64,000 nt of DNA from Bacillota bacterium. GTDB taxonomy: Bacteria; Bacillota; Clostridia; Oscillospirales; Oscillospiraceae. The stretch's first letter is position 1; each line of letters starts with the position of its first letter. The position numbers and the translations under genes were made by a program. The stretch covers positions 53,018 through 117,017 of the forward strand of contig JAETQY010000012.1 in the NCBI GenBank assembly GCA_021770445.1, given 5' to 3'. Shown in pieces: positions 40,881-49,882 of this stretch. The notes beneath the pieces are model-generated. The model was not told the DNA's origin and made no database searches. It worked only from the letters and a program-made list of their open reading frames with translations.

Positions 40881-41025
40881 GTGGCACCTCCTGTGTTTGA
40901 TGGCACTATCATAGCATGTGCTATTGTGGTCCGCTTCTCACACGGTGCCCTTTTATCGCTTGGGAAGGAGCCCCAGCAAGGACTTCAGGAATGAAAGTTA
41001 GAAAATGGTAATAGACTGTACTCTT

Positions 41026-41219
41026 TGGTACCTGGTCGGCGTTCAAATCGAGACACTGTGGGGACAGAGGGTGCGCATCCGCTGGTGATCAGACAGCGAT
41101 GCCCTCCAAAGCCGGCTGCAAAGCTGTCAACTTTGTGGACGCCATTCCGGTATCATGGAGCCAGGGCATCACTTCATCGTCAGTCAGCAGTACAGGCATC
41201 CGGTCATGGACATGGATGA
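41026..41219 (+). repeat. 194-bp direct repeat copy 2
   Basis: Includes the 3' end of the intact SRAP gene and a DUF5348 3' fragment. Confidence 0.9.
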
Positions 41220-41655
41220 TGGTATCATTGGGGGCGGTGGTTAGAACAACAAACCGCTCCTCGCCCTGAAAGACATTCCAAAGCCCAGCCAGATAAAGCC
41301 TGTCCTGCCCTGGCAGCCGAAAATGGTATTTTCTTTTTTGACTGTCCCATTCGTAGAAGCCGGTTGTAGGCACGATGCACCGGCGCTCTAACACAGAGCG
41401 GCGGAACATCGGTTTATCCAACGCTGTCTCACCTCTGGCATTGATGATAACCCCCTTGCCCTTGAAACTGGGGAACCCCCAGATCATTGGCTTGGGGGTC
41501 ATTTTTTGTCCGTCTAGGAGCAGGATGGGGGCAGCGTTGGTGGGGAATATCTCCCCGGTGTGGATACTGGCAGCCCCAAACCGGGCCTGTACCTCGGCTA
41601 CGATCTGGGCAATCTCTTTGGACTGGTCGGGCGCTAAGCTGTATCTTCCGCACAT
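41089..41655 (-). CDS. SOS response-associated peptidase (SRAP, YedK/HMCES family)
   Basis: N-terminal MCGRY with catalytic Cys2, INARGET, GFYEW, HDRMPVLL. Confidence 0.93.
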   Translation of the reverse strand: MCGRYSLAPDQSKEIAQIVAEVQARFGAASIHTGEIFPTNAAPILLLDGQKMTPKPMIWGFPSFKGKGVIINARGETALDKPMFRRSVLERRCIVPTTGFYEWDSQKRKYHFRLPGQDRLYLAGLWNVFQGEERFVVLTTAPNDTIIHVHDRMPVLLTDDEVMPWLHDTGMASTKLTALQPALEGIAV

Positions 41656-41708
41656 AGCCGTGACTCCTTTCGGGGATGAAGGCCAGACTGCCCTCATATA
41701 CTGAGAGC

Positions 41709-42962
41709 ATGAAGCCTGTAATATTGCACTCGGATATGAACAACTTTTATGCCAGCGTGGAGATTCTGTACGACCCCACGCTGCGGGACAAGCCTGTGGC
41801 GGTTGCCGGAGACGAGGAGGCACGTCACGGTATTGTGCTGGCCAAAAACGATATCGCCAAACGGTTCGGCATCCGCACCGGCCAAGTGCTGTGGGAAGCC
41901 CGCCAGCAATGTCCGGGTCTGGTCTGCGTACCAGCCCATTACGAGCGATACCTCGCGTTTTCCGCCCAGGCCAGAGACATTTATACCAGCTATACAGATC
42001 AGGTGGAACCGTTCGGCCTGGACGAGTGTTGGCTGGATGTCACCGGCTCTGTGGGGCTGTTTGGGGACGGCCCGGCCATAGCGGACGATATCCGGCGACG
42101 CATCCGGCGGGAACTGGGGCTGACGGTGTCGGTGGGCGTGTCGTTCAATAAAGTATTTGCCAAATTGGGTTCAGATATGAAGAAGCCCGACGCTACCACG
42201 GTCATCACCCCGGAAAACTACCGGGAGAGGGCCTGGAGTCTTCCGGTAAGCGACCTGCTCTATGTAGGTCCGGCCACCACCCGGAAACTGAATCAGTACG
42301 GGATTACCACCATTGGGGAGTTGGCCAGGGCCAATCTGGATCTTTTGTACTGGCTGCTGGGCAAGAACGGTATCATGCTCCACCAGTTTGCCAATGGGCA
42401 GGATCATTCCGGTGTTCGACGTTACTATGCGGTCCCACCCATGAAGAGCATCGGCAATTCCACTACCGCGCCCCGGGATCTGGTCAGCGAGGATGATGTA
42501 AAGATCACCCTTATGGCACTGTGTGAAAGCGTAGGTGCCCGGCTCCGGGAGCAAAACTGTCTTTGCTCCACCGTTGCGCTGGGTATCCGGGATAACCGCC
42601 TGCTGTCCTATGATCGGCAGGCCAAGCTGCCCTATCCCACGGCAAATACGCTGGATATCTGGGATGCGGCCATAGAACTGTTCCGGCGGCACCATACCGG
42701 CGGAGAACCTGTGCGCAGCTTGTCAGTGAAGGCCAGCGGGCTGACCCCGGCAGACGGCATTGTGCAGCTGTCCTTGTTCCCGGAGGAACAAAAAGCCCAG
42801 CGCCGGTCCGACATTGACCGGACGCTGGACAAGATTCGAGGCAAGTATGGGTATCACAGTATCCGCCGGGCAATCGCGTTGGTGGACCCGGCTCTGGATT
42901 TGGACACAAAGGAAGAGCATATTATCCACCCCATCGGTTTCCTGGGAACGCACAGTGGGTAG
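41709..42962 (+). CDS. dinB: Y-family DNA polymerase (DinB/UmuC-like)
   Basis: ILHSDMNNFYASVE, FGLDECWLDV, AKLGSDMKKPD, VGPAT. Confidence 0.92.
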   Translation: MKPVILHSDMNNFYASVEILYDPTLRDKPVAVAGDEEARHGIVLAKNDIAKRFGIRTGQVLWEARQQCPGLVCVPAHYERYLAFSAQARDIYTSYTDQVEPFGLDECWLDVTGSVGLFGDGPAIADDIRRRIRRELGLTVSVGVSFNKVFAKLGSDMKKPDATTVITPENYRERAWSLPVSDLLYVGPATTRKLNQYGITTIGELARANLDLLYWLLGKNGIMLHQFANGQDHSGVRRYYAVPPMKSIGNSTTAPRDLVSEDDVKITLMALCESVGARLREQNCLCSTVALGIRDNRLLSYDRQAKLPYPTANTLDIWDAAIELFRRHHTGGEPVRSLSVKASGLTPADGIVQLSLFPEEQKAQRRSDIDRTLDKIRGKYGYHSIRRAIALVDPALDLDTKEEHIIHPIGFLGTHSG

Positions 42963-42979
42963 TCAGCATTACAAATTCG

Positions 42980-44296
42980 TTAACTCAGTATTTTCTTGTT
43001 GCGGCACAGTAACGTGACTTTATCTCTGCTAACACCAATACGGGTTAACAGACAGCAATAAACCAGCCCCTGGAGTAGGTACGCAGTTGCGGCAATCTCT
43101 TGATTCAATACCCTATATGAACCATGGGTTATGTCATTTCGATATTTCACAAAAGATCTGATATCCTCATCACTTAAAGACATAGCGGTTTGATTTAATA
43201 TATTCATCTCGGTGCCATATTGGTGATAAAGAGAACAAATTCTATCACTTGCACTCATTGTCCAGTGCTTAATACTGTTATAGATCAAATCATATGTTTT
43301 ATCAGAAAGATGTTCAGGACCTTTTCGATGCGTCTTTATAAGAGATTTTACAGATTGGATAAGTTGTTGTAAATTTTCTTCTTCTGATTGGTTTTGGCCT
43401 TTACAGAAAGATAATTCACATTCCAATGATGAGCAAATCAGCCGCACCTTATCGTTTGTTATTAAGCTGAAATCTTTCCTTGAATTGGGTAAAAAGCCAA
43501 TCTCGTAAGATGGCGCTGCATCTTTGCTATTAAAGACCATGCTGAAAAGGTTAGGAGTGGCTGTATCTAAATCGTAAAATGTAATACATCTCATAAAGTC
43601 CTTTGAAACAGGTGCGGTTTCTTCTTTAAGAAAGAGTTGTAGCTTTGAAAGACCAGGTTCGTTGTGCAGTAAGTAAATTTCATCAAAAGTGACATTTCCA
43701 CGGCCCACCATAATTGATAATGCAGTTTTTACTTTCCAAACATATTTGAATGCTTCTTCTAATGATTGCGGTCTACTAAATTTGAGCTGCATATCCACAT
43801 CATTATTAGTAAGACTTACACCTGTTGTCCCAGAGTTGCGCCTGATCCATGATCCAATAATCAACTCACATTCACACTCATCTTCAATTCCAAAAGTCCA
43901 CCGCTTATGTGTATTTTGGCAGTGTACCAGAATATCACCATTGTCCTCCTCTTCAAGTTTCAGTGCATCACAAAAGAAAAGGCTGTTTAGTACTCCACCT
44001 GTAAATTCAATAGAATCAAAGCTATCCCACTTTGCACCAAGCGCATTTTCAACCGCAATTAGATAGGCGTTGGTTTTTAATGACTTTACGCCGGAAAAAG
44101 ACGGCATACTATCGCCTTTATAAATTGCGATGCTATTAAATCCAAATGTTTGCCCAAAAAGGAAATGCCCATCTAACTGTATTTCAGAATAATTCGGTTC
44201 CATAAAAGTTACAGTATAGTCATCGAGATAGAAATTAAATTTTTGGTCATCCTTGCAATAAATAATTCCGGTTCGAGGACAATTCTTGTCTTTCAT
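42980..44296 (-). CDS. ApeA-like HEPN-domain protein (putative anti-phage RNase)
   Basis: C-terminal RNDITH (Rx4H) at 43124-43141; beta-rich N-terminus; markedly AT-rich. Confidence 0.75.
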   Translation of the reverse strand: MKDKNCPRTGIIYCKDDQKFNFYLDDYTVTFMEPNYSEIQLDGHFLFGQTFGFNSIAIYKGDSMPSFSGVKSLKTNAYLIAVENALGAKWDSFDSIEFTGGVLNSLFFCDALKLEEEDNGDILVHCQNTHKRWTFGIEDECECELIIGSWIRRNSGTTGVSLTNNDVDMQLKFSRPQSLEEAFKYVWKVKTALSIMVGRGNVTFDEIYLLHNEPGLSKLQLFLKEETAPVSKDFMRCITFYDLDTATPNLFSMVFNSKDAAPSYEIGFLPNSRKDFSLITNDKVRLICSSLECELSFCKGQNQSEEENLQQLIQSVKSLIKTHRKGPEHLSDKTYDLIYNSIKHWTMSASDRICSLYHQYGTEMNILNQTAMSLSDEDIRSFVKYRNDITHGSYRVLNQEIAATAYLLQGLVYCCLLTRIGVSRDKVTLLCRNKKILS

Positions 44297-44340
44297 AGAA
44301 TTCAAATTCCTTTCCTCTTTTTAATATTTTTGCGAGCATT

Positions 44341-45168
44341 TCAGCAGTTGCCGGTGTAGACATATGAAAGATACTCCTGCGACGCCTCAGCAAGCCGGTA
44401 GACCTGCTCCACGGAGGTCGGCGGCCGATCCGTCATCTGATACCGGGGAAAGAACCGGGACAGATGCAGAGGGATTTCAGGGCTGATTGCGGCCAGCCAC
44501 TGTGCCAGCTCCCGGATTTCTTCCGCGCCATCGTTTTCTCCGGGGATCAGCAGCGTGGTCACCTCCACATGGCACTGCTCCGCTGCCAGAGCGATGGATC
44601 GCTTGACGGTTTCCAGGTCTCCGCCTAGCCTCCGATACCACTCCGGGGTAAAGCCCTTCAGGTCGATGTTGGCGGCGTCGATCAGGGGCAGCAGCGCCCG
44701 CCAGGGACCCTCCTCAATGGTGCCGTTGGTGACCAGCACGTTGACCATCCCCTGTTCACGGACCAGCCCGGCACAGTCCCGGACGTACTCATAGCTCACC
44801 AGCGGCTCGTTGTAAGTGTAGGCCACTCCGATATTCCCCCGGGCACGCAGCTCCGCCGCCTTGCTGGCCAGCTGCGCCGGAGACACCTCCACTGTCTGAA
44901 TTTCCGTTTCCCCGGCCATGGAAATCTCATGGTTCTGGCAGAAGGGGCAGCGCAGGTTGCAGCCGAAGCTGCCCACAGAGAGGATCAGACTGCCGGGATG
45001 GAAACGGCGCAGAGGCTTTTTCTCGATGGGGTCCAGGGCCAGGCTCGTCAGCTTTCCATAGTTCAGCGGCACAACAGCCCCATTCCGGCAGGTCCTGGCC
45101 TTGCAGAAGCCGGTCTGGCCTTCTTCCAGACGGCAATGATGGAAACAAAGCTCACAGGTCACGCTCAT
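44341..45168 (-). CDS. amrS: AmmeMemoRadiSam radical SAM enzyme
   Basis: CELCFHHC..C, ALDPIEKKPL..F.PG, GCNLRCPFCQN (CxxxCxxC), YTYNEP, YVYTGN. Confidence 0.9.
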   Translation of the reverse strand: MSVTCELCFHHCRLEEGQTGFCKARTCRNGAVVPLNYGKLTSLALDPIEKKPLRRFHPGSLILSVGSFGCNLRCPFCQNHEISMAGETEIQTVEVSPAQLASKAAELRARGNIGVAYTYNEPLVSYEYVRDCAGLVREQGMVNVLVTNGTIEEGPWRALLPLIDAANIDLKGFTPEWYRRLGGDLETVKRSIALAAEQCHVEVTTLLIPGENDGAEEIRELAQWLAAISPEIPLHLSRFFPRYQMTDRPPTSVEQVYRLAEASQEYLSYVYTGNC

Positions 45169-46553
45169 GTGTGCCGCACCACCTCGAATCGCTCCAGGGT
45201 ATAATGCTCCCGGGAGCTGATACCGCCCTTCTGGCGTGCGATATCAATTTGCTGCTCCACGGTATCCACGCCCTCTAGGTCAGGCAGGAGCAGCCCCCTG
45301 CGGCCGCCGCAGGACACGATCACGCCGTACCGCTTCACATCCAGCCGGTCAGGGGAGTCGATTGGCTCCGGCTGGCCTAGCACGTCCACGCTGTACTCCA
45401 GACTGTCCAGCTCATGTATGCCCACCGGCGGGAACCGTGGGTCACGGGAGCAGGCGGAAACGGCGTTTTGAACGATCTCCCAGGCAACGCTTTCGGTGGT
45501 GGGGCTGGTGGTGCCGATGCAGCCCCGCAGCTGGCCGTGGGTGTGGAGGGAGACAAAGGCCCCGGCAGCCCGTTCGGTCATCTCACCGGGCAGGCCATCT
45601 GGCAGACGCTCCAGACGTTTTCCTGTCTTGACATAGGTCTCCAGGGACAGGCGGGCCAGCCGTACCCAGGGATCCTCGGCGGCCTTCCGCTCTGACAGCC
45701 GGGCCTGTTCCAGCTCCTCACACTGATTCCCGAACCGGCGACCCTCGTCCGGGCCGGTGACGGTGAAGGTGGCCACACCGTACCCCACGCCGAAGGTTCC
45801 CTCATAGCTAAGCAACTTGGGGGACACCGCCAAACCGTCCAGCGCCCCGGCCATGATCTGGAAGGAGCGCAGGCCGCACTCCGCCGCCCGGTCACAGAGG
45901 CCAGCGTCCATGGTGAGGAATTGGAGGAAATCCCCGTCCGCCATGGCCTGGGTCACCCGGCGGTCAAAGACAGGACCCTCCGGGGCATAGCCGTAGGGAC
46001 CGTCCTCCTTCAGCTTGTGGGACAAGTCCCCACTGGCCACAAACACCGCCCGGCGGCCCAGAGTGTCCACAGCCCGAGCGATGCACTGGCCCAGCCGGTA
46101 GTGCTCCAGTGGGGAGAAGCCGGACAGTCCGATCCGCAGAATGGGGCAGTTGCCCCCTGCCTCCCGGAGAAAGTACAGAGGGAGGAAGGTCCCGTGGTCC
46201 AGGGAGGGGTCTTTTTCCCCCAGAGTCCCGGCCTGGATTCCGACCGCCTCCGCCTGGCGGACAAGCTCCTGCCGCAGTTCGGCGTCATATACCACCTCCA
46301 GCTTGGTCTGGGACGCACCGAAGGCGGACATATCGCCCGATGCGCCCTTGCCGGGGGAGATGTGGAAGTAGTCTGCATACATGACAGTATGGGGGGAGGT
46401 GACGATCAGCACCTCCGGCGACCATGCTGCCGCCTGCTTCGCGGCGGCGCGATAGGCGTCGATGGTGCCCTGGACCTCCGCTTCCCGCCCACGGCCCACA
46501 GTGTGAATAATAATGGGCGGATGGGGGACAAGAATGGCTCCTACGATTGGCAT
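45165..46553 (-). CDS. amrA: AmrB (Memo/LigB-like) - AmrA (AMMECR1) fusion
   Basis: PHPPII, DHG, ASGDLSH, AECGLRS, TFGVGY; then GAFVSL..GQLRGCIGT, DPRFPP, GLLLPDL, QIDIARQKG. Confidence 0.88.
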   Translation of the reverse strand: MPIVGAILVPHPPIIIHTVGRGREAEVQGTIDAYRAAAKQAAAWSPEVLIVTSPHTVMYADYFHISPGKGASGDMSAFGASQTKLEVVYDAELRQELVRQAEAVGIQAGTLGEKDPSLDHGTFLPLYFLREAGGNCPILRIGLSGFSPLEHYRLGQCIARAVDTLGRRAVFVASGDLSHKLKEDGPYGYAPEGPVFDRRVTQAMADGDFLQFLTMDAGLCDRAAECGLRSFQIMAGALDGLAVSPKLLSYEGTFGVGYGVATFTVTGPDEGRRFGNQCEELEQARLSERKAAEDPWVRLARLSLETYVKTGKRLERLPDGLPGEMTERAAGAFVSLHTHGQLRGCIGTTSPTTESVAWEIVQNAVSACSRDPRFPPVGIHELDSLEYSVDVLGQPEPIDSPDRLDVKRYGVIVSCGGRRGLLLPDLEGVDTVEQQIDIARQKGGISSREHYTLERFEVVRHT

Positions 46554-47272
46554 GAAGTTCCCTCCTTATGCAGGCCGTCCAACCGAAGAATCCAGGCCTC
46601 CGGGACGGTAGATTCAATCAGTGTACGGTTCAAATTGTACCAACTGCCGCACTTGTCCAGAATGATGGCGTCTGCGGTGACCACTCGCTCCATGCGGGAG
46701 AGCAGGCCGTCTACGCTGGGATGCAGCTCCACCTGGACCTTCACCGAACGATTTTCTGCCTGCTCCAACAGCAGCGCCCGGAGGCGTCCAGAGTTGGATA
46801 CCTGCTGATCCAGGTAGAACAGAGCCCTTTGTACGCCGAGCGTTTCAAGCCGGGCGAGCAGCAGCTCCACCGCCTGTACGGTCTTGTCCACGATGCGGTA
46901 ACTGCCCCGCAGTCCGGCAAGGTCCCGGATGGTGCCGTCCATCCCCTCCAGCAGCAGGGAGCCGGACAGGGCCACCTCCAGGGTGATAATCGCATTGAAA
47001 CCGTCCAATACCAGGGAGTCCGGCGCTTGGAGCAATTCTTTTTGCTTCCGGGCCTGCACAGCGCTGGCCGTCGAAACTATTCGGGCCAGAGCCAGCCGTT
47101 GGCGCTCTGAAAGCAGATGATGATTACCTACGAAGGTGGAGGCGGATTTTGTGTCATAGCCGCGTTCCATCAGGAAGACCAGCTCCTGAGCGGCGGCACT
47201 CAATTTTTCGATGGCTTTGGGCCCAAACTCAACGGTATCTTTCGGTACATAACCACGTCTGACGACTTCCAT
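46541..47272 (-). CDS. DUF434-family protein with PIN/NYN-like acidic motifs
   Basis: RRG..P.D, VGNHHLLSERQRLALAR, LDGFNAIITLE, DGTIRDLAGLRGSY, ADAIILD. Confidence 0.8.
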   Translation of the reverse strand: MEVVRRGYVPKDTVEFGPKAIEKLSAAAQELVFLMERGYDTKSASTFVGNHHLLSERQRLALARIVSTASAVQARKQKELLQAPDSLVLDGFNAIITLEVALSGSLLLEGMDGTIRDLAGLRGSYRIVDKTVQAVELLLARLETLGVQRALFYLDQQVSNSGRLRALLLEQAENRSVKVQVELHPSVDGLLSRMERVVTADAIILDKCGSWYNLNRTLIESTVPEAWILRLDGLHKEGTSCQS

Positions 47273-47279
47273 AGCATCC

Positions 47280-47435
47280 TCACTCGTCCCAAAGATTCGT
47301 CTCCGTGCGCTGCTCGAACTCCTGAATCTCCTCCTGTGTCGCCTTGCGGATGCTCTCTTTTCCACAGTCCGGACACTGCTTGACAGGTGATGCCCTGTAG
47401 AAGAGGAAGTGGCAGCTATCACACGCATATACCAT
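47280..47435 (-). CDS. 51-aa zinc-ribbon protein
   Basis: YACDSCHF..CPDCGK; 7 bp upstream of the DUF434 start. Confidence 0.75.
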   Translation of the reverse strand: MVYACDSCHFLFYRASPVKQCPDCGKESIRKATQEEIQEFEQRTETNLWDE

Positions 47436-47464
47436 TTTTCTTCGCCTCGCTTTCGTACTCACTC

Positions 47465-47494
47465 AGTTTAGCACATGGCATGGAATTTTTCAAT
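47465..47494 (-). promoter_or_regulatory. Putative promoter of the Zn-ribbon to HEPN operon
   Basis: Minus strand TTGAAA-18-(TG)cTAAACT. Confidence 0.5.
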
Positions 47495-47602
47495 TCAGAG
47501 CAAACAAGCAAACGCGGATAAAGCATAAAGACAAACTCTTTTTTATTAGATCGAACTGTGCTACAATGACTTGTATGTTCTGTAGAAAAGAGGTATAGGA
47601 TT

Positions 47603-48694
47603 ATGAAAGTACACTATAGACTCATAATCAACGAAGAACCCAAGAATTGCCATCCATACACATACAGATATGGCCCAACATCAGGGATTGAACTTAGCGT
47701 TGGAGAGCAAGCGGTCTTATTGGAGTTCAATATGACTGTTTCAAAACAGTTTGATGATATTGTATCAATGAAGGTTCAGCTTATTCCGGATGCAATGAGG
47801 AAAGCATATCTCATTCATGCGTTGAAACAGGATACTGGATTAGCTATCGAAAAAATCACCGTATTTATTGGTGATGAGTCACGCACTTATAGCAAAAGCA
47901 AAGATTCTCCACATTTCCCGTTTGTGTTTTCTATGATATCGTGTGAGAATTTGAACTTGGGAAGCGCTTGGAACAACTCAGATATGTTATCTGAGATATT
48001 TCATATTGTAAAAACCGATGCGGATAAAGACTATAGATTTGCGGCTCTGTATTCTTATCTTTCCTCAATAGGACGCCCGTATGAAATCGACAAATTTTCT
48101 TGTCTATGGACTTCCATGAACGCGCTCTACAATAATATCGCAAAACTCTATATGGCTGAGGTTGAGAAGAACCATCCTATCCAGAAGGTTGACAAAATAC
48201 TTGGAAATGACAGCGGATCCATTGGTGCGCTAATGAATATTCTGGGCTGTGGAAAAAGCAAGCCAATAAGAAGTAAACAAACAGAATATAAAATTGAGTA
48301 CGCTCAGGTTGGGGATTGTCTACAATCACTGTCTCCAGAAGAAATAGAGAGCCTATACGGCCTGTTGTCTCAAGAAAAAACTCGGCCACGAGCTGACGGA
48401 TTGAGCAAAAATCTAAAGCCGATCAATACTTTGGCTCAGAAGTTGTCCATTACTCCATACGGCCTGTTGCTGCTTGAATACCCCTATCATTGGCGGTGCA
48501 GGTATTTCCATGGCAATCGGGCAACGATTCTATTCAGTGCCTACAATGACCGAGAATTATCAATTCTTCGGACGCTCAACTACTTTCTGTCTGAATTTTT
48601 GCGCAACGAAATTCCACTGCTGTTTTCAAAGGAATATTTCGACCAAGCGAAGTACAACACAATATACAAATACTGTCACCCAAGCAAATCATAG
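47603..48694 (+). CDS. AT-rich HEPN-like protein
   Basis: FSCLWTSMNALY and YHWRCRYFHGN (Rx4H at 48494-48511); extended -10 TGcTACAAT upstream. Confidence 0.65.
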   Translation: MKVHYRLIINEEPKNCHPYTYRYGPTSGIELSVGEQAVLLEFNMTVSKQFDDIVSMKVQLIPDAMRKAYLIHALKQDTGLAIEKITVFIGDESRTYSKSKDSPHFPFVFSMISCENLNLGSAWNNSDMLSEIFHIVKTDADKDYRFAALYSYLSSIGRPYEIDKFSCLWTSMNALYNNIAKLYMAEVEKNHPIQKVDKILGNDSGSIGALMNILGCGKSKPIRSKQTEYKIEYAQVGDCLQSLSPEEIESLYGLLSQEKTRPRADGLSKNLKPINTLAQKLSITPYGLLLLEYPYHWRCRYFHGNRATILFSAYNDRELSILRTLNYFLSEFLRNEIPLLFSKEYFDQAKYNTIYKYCHPSKS

Positions 48695-48790
48695 TACACT
48701 AATAACCATAGTAATGATTGAACAGCATCCGGTATGCAAGATAGGCGTACCAGATGCTGTTTTATCAAATTAAGAGAGGAGGCCGCGCCA

Positions 48791-49882
48791 ATGAAATGCC
48801 TGCTGAAGTACCAGTGGGTCAAACTCCCCCGCAGTCAAATGCCGGCAGGCAAGGGTGTCATGGGTGCCTGGGCGCGGCTGGCCTCCCGTGCAGCCTTCCG
48901 CAACGGACAAGCTCATTACTATAAATATGTCAATCAAGTTACCATTGGTTCCTGGTCGGGCGGTATCGTGGGGCTCAAGAGCATCTTGGGCGTCAAGAAG
49001 CGGAACAAGACCCTGGGGCTGATGGACAAGCTGGCCCGACTGGGCTACATAGATTACGAACTGGATCCAAAGACGAAGAAACTCACCTATCAAATCAAGG
49101 ATTGGGTGGTCCAATGCTCCGGCGAGCCCTGCATGGGCACCGAAGCTGTCTACGCCACCCAGGGGTATGGCTTCCTGTGCCTGCCCCGGAATATTACCCA
49201 GCGCCTCGCAGAGGCGCATTATCAATTTGATGAGGCAGACGCATGGCTGGATCTCTGGTGCCACACAGTATGGCAGGAGCCCGGCAATGCGTTTTCTCAT
49301 ATGGCGCCGGCCGTCCAGTTTGGAAAATACGGCGCCGTTTTGACCCTGGAGACCCTTGGCCACCGTTGGGGATGGGAGAAGACGAAGGTCTGGCGCTTTT
49401 TCAAAAAGTATGCGGATGCCTTCCCGCTGCAAAAGCTGCCAGGCTCTTTCGGCTGTCTAATCTTCAACACCGGCTACCCTGCAGGGACCTCTTTTACTGT
49501 GCCAGAGCCTGCACAAGTCAAACGCATTTTAGGGGAAATACGCATTTGGGGCGGAAATACGCACAACAAAGGCAGTAGCGACCATGAGCGGGTGAACTGT
49601 TGGATCACATGGTACAGCCGCAAGGTCATACCGCATATCCCACAGGCGCAGGCCGCCCCAGCAGCGGAGTCGTGTCGTGTTGCGGTTTCGGGCCGCTTTA
49701 TTACGCGCGCGTATTTTTCTCTGTGTAGGTATTGTAAGAGTTTCAAAGAGGACTGCCAGAGTATAGAGGGAATATCCCCGGCCAAATTTGAACTTTTGCC
49801 CAGGGCCGGTCCCAGAACTGGCCCGCCAACCGATACAGGAGGCATTGAATATGGAACATATGAAGGAATCCCGCTTTGGTGA
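48791..49882 (+). CDS. ICE protein with two phage-replication-initiator-like winged-helix domains
   Basis: QWVKLPRS and GFLCLPRNI..FDEADAWLDL..LGHRWGWEKTKVWRFF resemble the GWIKLHR..AWIDL..LA.RWGWS..KV.RF pattern. Confidence 0.6.
   Translation: MKCLLKYQWVKLPRSQMPAGKGVMGAWARLASRAAFRNGQAHYYKYVNQVTIGSWSGGIVGLKSILGVKKRNKTLGLMDKLARLGYIDYELDPKTKKLTYQIKDWVVQCSGEPCMGTEAVYATQGYGFLCLPRNITQRLAEAHYQFDEADAWLDLWCHTVWQEPGNAFSHMAPAVQFGKYGAVLTLETLGHRWGWEKTKVWRFFKKYADAFPLQKLPGSFGCLIFNTGYPAGTSFTVPEPAQVKRILGEIRIWGGNTHNKGSSDHERVNCWITWYSRKVIPHIPQAQAAPAAESCRVAVSGRFITRAYFSLCRYCKSFKEDCQSIEGISPAKFELLPRAGPRTGPPTDTGGIEYGTYEGIPLW

Noticed and set aside
39702-41219. Repeat pair as a diversity-generating retroelement TR/VR
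   Set aside because: Mismatches are mixed transitions in both directions, not adenine-specific, and there is no reverse transcriptase in the window
41656-41708. LexA/SOS box for dinB and SRAP
   Set aside because: No GAAC-N4-GTTC match in the intergenic region
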